A stretch of DNA of 16,134 nt, taken from Rotaria sp. Taxonomy: Eukaryota. Location of the stretch: the NCBI GenBank assembly GCA_905250055.1, contig CAJNOF010000069.1, positions 341,047 to 357,180 on the forward strand, given 5' to 3'. Numbering within the stretch: position 1 is the first letter of the stretch; each line of letters begins with the position of its first letter. The notes below the pieces were generated by a model. It was not told the DNA's origin. It saw nothing but the letters and a program-made list of their open reading frames with translations, and searched no databases. Of this stretch, positions 9,699-16,134 are shown one piece after another. The translations under genes and the position numbers were made by a program.

Positions 9699-11193
9699 AT
9701 GAAAAATCATTATAAAATTTATGCACAACATCATGAAGATCTTGATCATAATCAAGATGATACATTAACACTACCAGCAGCAATAACTGATATAACAACA
9801 AATTCAAATGAAACTCAATCAACAACAACAGCAACAGCACCTGTGCTTAAAACAGACATGTTAGATTGGCTTCGATCAAATTTTGATGGCTGTGATTTGG
9901 GTCCAATATCAACTCAACTTGCCAATGATCGTGTTACACGTTCAATGAAAAAATTATATGTTCAAGAAAACAAAGATGAACATGACAATAAAGATTGTGT
10001 GTATGTAGAATAAAAGTATTCAACATGTTTATTCTCTACAACATATTCACTTTTAGTGATTATTTAAGTTTAATTTCTTGTAGTCTTATCTTTTTTTTTT
10101 TAGCTCTTTTTGAATTTTCACATTAATTTACATGTAGCTTTGTCAGCGTTTGGGTGGTTAATATTTATGATGTTGATAATAAAACTTATTTGATTAAATT
10201 TTTAAAGTAAAAGTTTTCAATATTGTTATTATAATCATAGTTGCGATTATGTAGACTGGATGATAAAGAAATTTGATTCAGGTATATGTATACGTACAAC
10301 TGAATTCGACTAACCAATAGGATTACTCTCGTCTGTTTTTGCGATGAAAGTAAAGAAAGAAAGAAAGTTTTTTTTCTTTTCGAATAGATAGTTAATTAAA
10401 ATATAAATTTATCTTCGAAAACCTTATATCTCGTCAATTAGAATCTATTAAATAATTAAGTATTCATCGTATTATTGATCTACAGCCGTTCAAATTTTCT
10501 CGCTATATAGTTCAACACTTCTTTTCAATCATATTTCACAAAATCTAGCTGAAATTAGAGATTATGTGTAGTTGATATACGAGCGTCCATGTATGAAATC
10601 CAATTAAGAATAATTTTTCATTTACATTGATTTGAATTAATTGTTATCACCGTCAATAATGTCTTGCATATTTTTCAATTGAAAAAATCAAAGAGCAATG
10701 TTAAACTTTACAGATCAATGGATAGACGCAGTGTATTTTTCGTCAATTGATTGCTTCTTTCTACCATCAATAATTAGTTTATGGTTGGCAGAGAAAAAAA
10801 TCAATCTAGGCACTGTCAGTTGCCTTGACTCGATGCAGTTGAGTAAACAATAATTAGCGCAAGATGATTATTCGTAAAGTATCTGTTTACATGTTCTATT
10901 ACTTTTTAGTGATATTTTCACATTTTATCACTCATTAAATCACACACGTATTTTTCAATCATTCTCAATCATAAAAATGACCTTGCATAATGAAGATATA
11001 TGTATATATAATTATTTATCTTGTTTTCATTCAGTCATACTATTTCTGATCTATCTAAGCATATGGAGGTATTTGCAATCAAAAAGTTCCTTACATTAAA
11101 AATCACTTTCATTTTCTCATTTCGACAATTTATTATTATAGATCAAAATAGATCTTTGAATCCTTTCAATTCTTGACAAACTTTCATCAAAAT

Positions 11194-12525
11194 ATGGCTC
11201 AAAACAAGTTCCGTCTATTTGTCTATTACTTGGCTATATTCACCCTGAGTTTAGGAGCATTTTATTCATTTCATCACTTAACACGTAATCAACCTGAAGA
11301 TTATATGTTTATGCAAAAATGTATTCTCTGTGCCATTTCAAGTTTCTTTAATATGTTTGTATTGTACTATCATTTTACCCACGCACCACACCCGAAATTT
11401 GTTATCTTACCACGTCGTCGATTTGTAATTTATACACATATTGTTTCAGGTGTCCTAGAATTTACTAGCTGTTGGGCAGCATTTCTTACTGGTAACAAAT
11501 ATATTGCTACTATTGCTGCTCTATCAGCTATTTTGGGTCATGTACCTTCGGCCTATTATCAAACATCAATTGTTTTTGGTGCTAAAGCTTTGATGGTTTC
11601 TGGATATCTATTTGCTATATCACTTCATCTATTTTCTGCATTACATCTATTTATGGAACCAACATCAGTTTATTGGTTATTGAATATGTTTCTTGTTCAT
11701 AATGTTTATGTCTGGTGTCGTGTATTCTATTTCTTTTTTGGTTTTACTGGTTTATTTAAAGATACTTTATATACTAATGCAATATTAACATCAGGACTTA
11801 TTTTATTTCCAGCTGTTCTTGGTGTTTCAGCGAATATATTATTTTTGGGTTATGTTGCAACTAGTATTCTTCTTTATTTTGCTATTGTTCAACCAAGTGA
11901 AGAAGAGTGTGTACGCTATGTAAATGAATGTACACGAGATCTTCTTGTTAATAAAATGGCTCATAATGCTTGGATAAAACAACAGGAACGATTAGCAAAA
12001 TTGGCTCACAATGACCAATTGTCCGATCAACAACGAGCTAAACAAGTTTTTGATCAATTAGATGAAAACAAAAATGGAGCTCTTGATAATGAAGAAATGA
12101 CTCGTTTATTAGAAGAATGGAAAGCTGCATCAAGTTTTGTCGATCGATTTTCACGTTGGTCAAAGAAACATGATATGTCATTTGAATTATTCTATAGAAA
12201 TATTTGGCGTCTTGGTGAAACATCGATTGGTCATATACAAGAAGGTATAAAACGACAAGGAATGGCAAGAGCACGTTTCGTTTTTGATTGTTTGGATACA
12301 GACAAAAGTGGACATATTGATAATCTTGAACTTCAAAAACTCTTAATTCAATGGGGTTTACCAGAAAATGAAGTCGAAGATTATCTCACTGATGATGATG
12401 ATAAACAATTTTCATTTGAAGAATTCTATGAAAAACTTAAACCAATTTGGGATTTTGCCTATGAAAATATGTCTGTTCGTGATATGGGTCAAGTTGTCCA
12501 ACCACCAGATCAAAAGTCACAATAG
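11194..12525 (+). CDS. Multi-pass membrane protein with C-terminal EF-hand calcium-binding motifs (443 aa)
   Basis: Uninterrupted ORF. The N-terminal half contains several hydrophobic helices (LFVYYLAIFTLSLGAFYSF, YIATIAALSAILGHV, ALMVSGYLFAISLHLFSALHLF, AILTSGLILFPAVLGVSANILFLGYVATSILLYF). EF loops are DENKNGALDNEE (12061-12096) and DTDKSGHIDNLE (12295-12330), plus a degenerate third (DDDDKQFSFEEF). The first ATG is at 11194; the supplied ORF start at 11173 is a TTG. Confidence 0.85.
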   Translation: MAQNKFRLFVYYLAIFTLSLGAFYSFHHLTRNQPEDYMFMQKCILCAISSFFNMFVLYYHFTHAPHPKFVILPRRRFVIYTHIVSGVLEFTSCWAAFLTGNKYIATIAALSAILGHVPSAYYQTSIVFGAKALMVSGYLFAISLHLFSALHLFMEPTSVYWLLNMFLVHNVYVWCRVFYFFFGFTGLFKDTLYTNAILTSGLILFPAVLGVSANILFLGYVATSILLYFAIVQPSEEECVRYVNECTRDLLVNKMAHNAWIKQQERLAKLAHNDQLSDQQRAKQVFDQLDENKNGALDNEEMTRLLEEWKAASSFVDRFSRWSKKHDMSFELFYRNIWRLGETSIGHIQEGIKRQGMARARFVFDCLDTDKSGHIDNLELQKLLIQWGLPENEVEDYLTDDDDKQFSFEEFYEKLKPIWDFAYENMSVRDMGQVVQPPDQKSQ

Positions 12526-13761
12526 TTAGAAAGAAAAGTCAAAACAAGGAATATTTCTCTACAAAACGAAGATATCATACTCATTGAACATCTTTTATTA
12601 TATCATGATTTTTATTTTCATTACTAACAAATTTGATGAATAGATACTGATTTATTCTAGCATGACATTTCTAAACTAGCAATTAAATTTTCAAAATTAT
12701 TTGGTCATATCAATTCTAAATAAAATATCTTTCAAAAAAAAAATCAATCGAACTCGTCTTTTTTTGTTTTCGTATTTGGATCTTGTAGAATTGTAATTGA
12801 TTTCTGATTTTGTTATGTTCATATATAAGATATTCAATGCATAGATACAACTATGAGTTATTCATTGATGAATTGGTCATTTTTATATGTCATATATGAG
12901 TGATAAATATTTAATAAGATCGTAGAAAAATAATCAAGTTTTGAGAAATCCATCGATGATTAATTGTACATTTGCTTATCACTAAATTTATTGTTTGGTT
13001 TTCTTTTTTTCTAAAGATAAAATAATCCAGTGAATGGACTTTTGATATGATATGAACAGAATTATTCAAATATGAATAAATTGCTGATAATAATCCATCA
13101 TGGAGTGTTATTAATTTTTTTATTTGATATTTTCATATGAATAAAAATAAAAAAAACTGACAACCAAAAAAAATAAACATAGTTTATGGAAACAAAAATG
13201 AATTATTTTATCATCAATAGATATCAGCCCCTCGATCACAAGACAGTGATCATTTGATGTTTGTTTTTTTTTGTAATCAACTAATCATCTTTGCAATCTT
13301 ATGATCGTTCTAGATGATTGAGCACGAGTTATTAACATTCAACAAAAGTCACATTTTACCAGTATGTATCTTCATATGATGTACAAATACGAAGAATTTT
13401 TGTTTTTATTTTTGACTGTTAAAGGTATCTATTCATTATCACCATACGTATATTCAAATGATGGTATTTTTCATGGATGAATTCATTTAAAACATCTAAT
13501 ATTTCATCTGGTTTTTTAATGATATTATTAGAAAAAGAATTGATAAAGAAAAAAAAGGAGTGTAGTTGAAATAAGATAATGCAAAAACAATTGGGTTTGA
13601 TCAATCAATTGATATATGTTAGTTAGTCATATTTGATTTATTCTAAGCTAGAAAAATATTAGGATGAAATGAAGAAGAAATATTTTTCAGACAAAAAAAA
13701 ACTTAATTTAAAATGATAATCATATGATTAATATGAGACAAAAACAATATTCATATTTGAT

Positions 13762-14190
13762 TTAGTTCTTTTTATTTGAATTCTTCTGTTTATTTTCATT
13801 TTCTTGTTGATCTTTTCTAAGTGCAACAAATGTCCAAGTCGCTGCCATTGCATCACCAAATGCAAGTAGAAGTAAATTCTGAGGTGAAATACCAGTTATA
13901 ACCATAGAAAACATGAACAATGCAGCTAAATATCGCATAATCACGAAAAATTTAAAGCAAATCATAGCTGTTTCTCAAACCATGAGTAAATGATTAGCAC
14001 GAAGAATAGCAGCAAGTAAACCAGTCATACGAACAAAAGTATCATTATCTGCTTTCCAACTCAATATAGTTAAAATATGATGAGGAAAAAAGCCCATGAC
14101 AACGCCGTCCACAATAATTAAGTAACTACCAAATACAAGCATACTGATCTTAGTGCGACTATAAGAAGGAGTAGTAATTGAAGATGACAT
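13762..14190 (-). pseudogene. Small multi-pass membrane protein gene interrupted by one in-frame TGA
   Basis: ORFs 14190..13975 and 13965..13762 are in the same minus frame. They read MSSSITTPSYSRTKISMLVFGSYLIIVDGVVMGFFPHHILTILSWKADNDTFVRMTGLLAAILRANHLLMV*ETAMICFKFFVIMRYLAALFMFSMVITGISPQNLLLLAFGDAMAATWTFVALRKDQQ..., with about four hydrophobic segments spanning the stop. Confidence 0.55.
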
Positions 14191-15629
14191 TTTCCTTCAA
14201 ATTATTCAATAGATACAAAGATAATAACTATCAATTTGAGATGAACAAATGTATATCTGAAAAAAAGAAGAATATGTAAATAATTTCAATAAAATTTTCT
14301 TAGTGTGACAAAAATAATTGTCAAATCTAATCAAATGGTTTATTAGTCAGTGATATAAATAGAAAGAAAATCGACTTTTTTTTCAGCAGAGAAATTATCA
14401 ATACAAATCTTAATTTTCATATGCTGAATGAGATAGGATCGATTTTTGTCAAAAAAATTTTATCATAGAATTCATTGTAAAGAAAAAACCCAACAATGTT
14501 GCATTTATCTGTTTACTTTTACTTCGTTATTTAACATGAGGTTATTTGACAATGATATGATTTAAAGGTTATCAGTAAAGATAAAAGTGAATCGTTAAAT
14601 TACGCTTACCATGCTAATGAAGAACATACCGTGATAATGGCATTTTCTTTTCTAAATTGATGGGTTTTGTTTTTCTTCATTTGTATACAATTATTCCTTA
14701 CACAACGAGAAAAAAAAGACGTATCCATATCGCTTCAGTGATCGATATTTTCATTAAAAACGATATGAGAAATATGATCATTACGAGAGGATGAATAAAG
14801 ATGTATGTTTATTTTCTGTTCTCAATATATGACTATATATGGATTCGCTGTTTTTCCTTTGAATAAATTTGTTCGATAGAAGTATGAAATATTAATATTA
14901 AGATATCAAATCGAATGATTTATTAATCATCAAAATCTAGCATTGCTCTGCAAAAGATAAGAGTTTGAATAATTCTAATCTTAATGATAAATCGTCTCAA
15001 AGAAAAAAGTTTATATATTTGTTAATTAAAAAATTTCATTTATGAAAAAGTAAATAATAAAAAAGATAATCACGACTGAAATTAACCATTCGAAATAGTT
15101 TATTTTATTATATATTAATAATTACATTCATCGTGATATAGAAACTAATCAACGTAAATCTAAACTCAAATGTCATTGTCATTATCACTATGATTATATC
15201 AGTTGATTTAATGTTTCTAAAACTTTGATATTCTAGAAAGCTTTCGATCGAGTCATGAAGACAATATTTATCAATCCTATTTCGGTTTTTTCTTGAATAT
15301 ATTCATTCTATTGTGTTCGACAATGATAATAGTTTTCAAAAATTTGACTTGTTTAACAGTTTGTTCAATGAATTAGAAATGTTTTCTCAATTGATCGATA
15401 ATTACTTTATAAACCTCAAATGTAACAATAATAGTAATAATTAATAACAATATAATGTAGTTTAATATCCAATTTTACTAGGCTTTATGTGAAATTTTCG
15501 ACCATTTTACGGCCATCATCAGCACTATAAAACATCGCTTGTGATCTTACTCCCTAAAAAAGTTTTATTTCGTACAACAATGATTATAAAATGGAAAAGT
15601 ATAATAAATCAATAACTGGATGGACAAAA

Positions 15630-15691
15630 GAGTGTAGATGTGAGTGCGTATGTGGGCCTTGTCTTTATCTCCATCCACACTCATACCCTTG
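15630..15691. repeat. Degenerate small G-strand/C-strand inverted block
   Basis: AGTGTAGATGTGAGTGCGTATGTGGG is followed by CCATCCACACTCATACCCTT. The reverse complement of the latter, AAGGGTATGAGTGTGGATGG, closely matches the left edge of the 6448 block (AAGGGTGTGAGTGTGGGTATGG). Confidence 0.45.
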
Positions 15692-16134
15692 TTCTAAACG
15701 AATAGATTGATGAACAAATCTTCGTTTTGTTTGAAAAGTATCATTTTATGATTGAATCAAGTATCTTGATGTTAATGATATTCGGTAAAATATTTTAGAG
15801 TAAAGTATTGTTTTGCATTCATAAAAATTAGAAAAAGATACATTATTTTGACAAATTGAATAATAGTATTCATTTTTATTATTTCGCATCGAAATATAAA
15901 TTTATCTTGTTTGTTTTCTTTCGTTGATTCATGTTTATTTACAATCTTTCTGTACACTATTTTATTAATTCTTCTATTCTTTTTTCGATTTTTAAACAGA
16001 ATACAAACATTTAATGTTTTAGTCATCAAAATATATGAATAAACATTATCAACATAGATATACAACAAAATCGAATATGTTATAAATCTCATCAATTATT
16101 TTTCTATTATTTCTATTCGTCTCATTCATATTAT

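Larger units (their letters stand above)
6797..10013 (+). pseudogene. DDE/RNase H-like uncharacterised family gene ('DGGPDENP ... ERRMAPLS' family) with C-terminal Cys/His finger; multiple disabling lesions
   Basis: Conceptual translation gives LLPHRASSRDGRLHINTAPVRLRRAQND...YLSQDDRCKVPLGIFAAKIQASMLMHMNYRIRLPGHVWIVVPRHQLIPNVYA...YSGPTYIAIHSAKHDL*TADSYGLDFDRL...IIIDGGPDENPCFSKTL...PGELAYNIIERRMAPLSHDLAGLILPHDYFGSHLNDLG...WCAMHVLQTQYTL*IIRCNSVECYGAWRS...HRFLPSS. In-frame stops lie at 7152-7154, 7212-7214 and 8019-8021. An element is inserted at 9178-9698. Confidence 0.7.

Noticed and set aside
9412-9840. ORFs 9412..9594 (-), 9491..9715 (+), 9601..9840 (-), and the N-terminal third of 9528..10013 (+).
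   Set aside because: They arise from the GC-rich hAT-like element. The 'GAGYPAPDRTRTCGPGTN' peptides are the duplicated terminus read on the minus strand. Only the part after 9699 looks like host exon.
12038-12274. 78-aa minus-strand ORF.
   Set aside because: Fully antisense to the intact EF-hand membrane protein gene.
15772-16095. 107-aa minus-strand ORF near the right end.
   Set aside because: Composition (Lys/Asn/Ile/Tyr) is typical of AT-rich noncoding DNA; no recognisable motif.
1-16134. tRNA, rRNA or other structured RNA genes.
   Set aside because: None was recognisable by eye. A tRNAscan-SE/Infernal run would be needed to exclude them.

Overview
AT-rich, intron-bearing eukaryotic DNA. 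The gene families and the TGTGGG-type repeat suggest a bdelloid rotifer (inference; no search was run). Only one clearly intact gene is visible: 11194-12525 (+), a multi-pass membrane protein with C-terminal EF-hands. The rest is a graveyard of decayed genes: (i) a fragmented F-box/LRR-like gene (2-1600); (ii) an ADP-ribosyltransferase (ART) plus TPR-like gene (about 3485-6433), collinear in one frame but broken by stops and a small tandem insertion; (iii) a DDE/RNase H-like 'DGGPDENP...ERRMAPLS' family gene (about 6797-10013) with premature stops, no 5' end, and a hAT-like non-autonomous element in its last exon; (iv) a minus-strand small membrane-protein gene (13762-14190) broken by one in-frame stop. 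Two observations stand out. First, a 288-bp inverted block (6448-6735) of G-strand TGTGGG-like repeat followed by its C-strand complement sits exactly between two truncated genes. This has the polarity of a head-to-head telomere fusion or a foldback satellite. Smaller blocks of the same type occur at 2475-2550 and 15630-15691. Second, a 521-bp element (9178-9698) has perfect 12-bp TIRs and a perfect 8-bp target duplication. It is packed with CCCGG/GGGTCCGG motifs and contains a duplicated 3' terminus.
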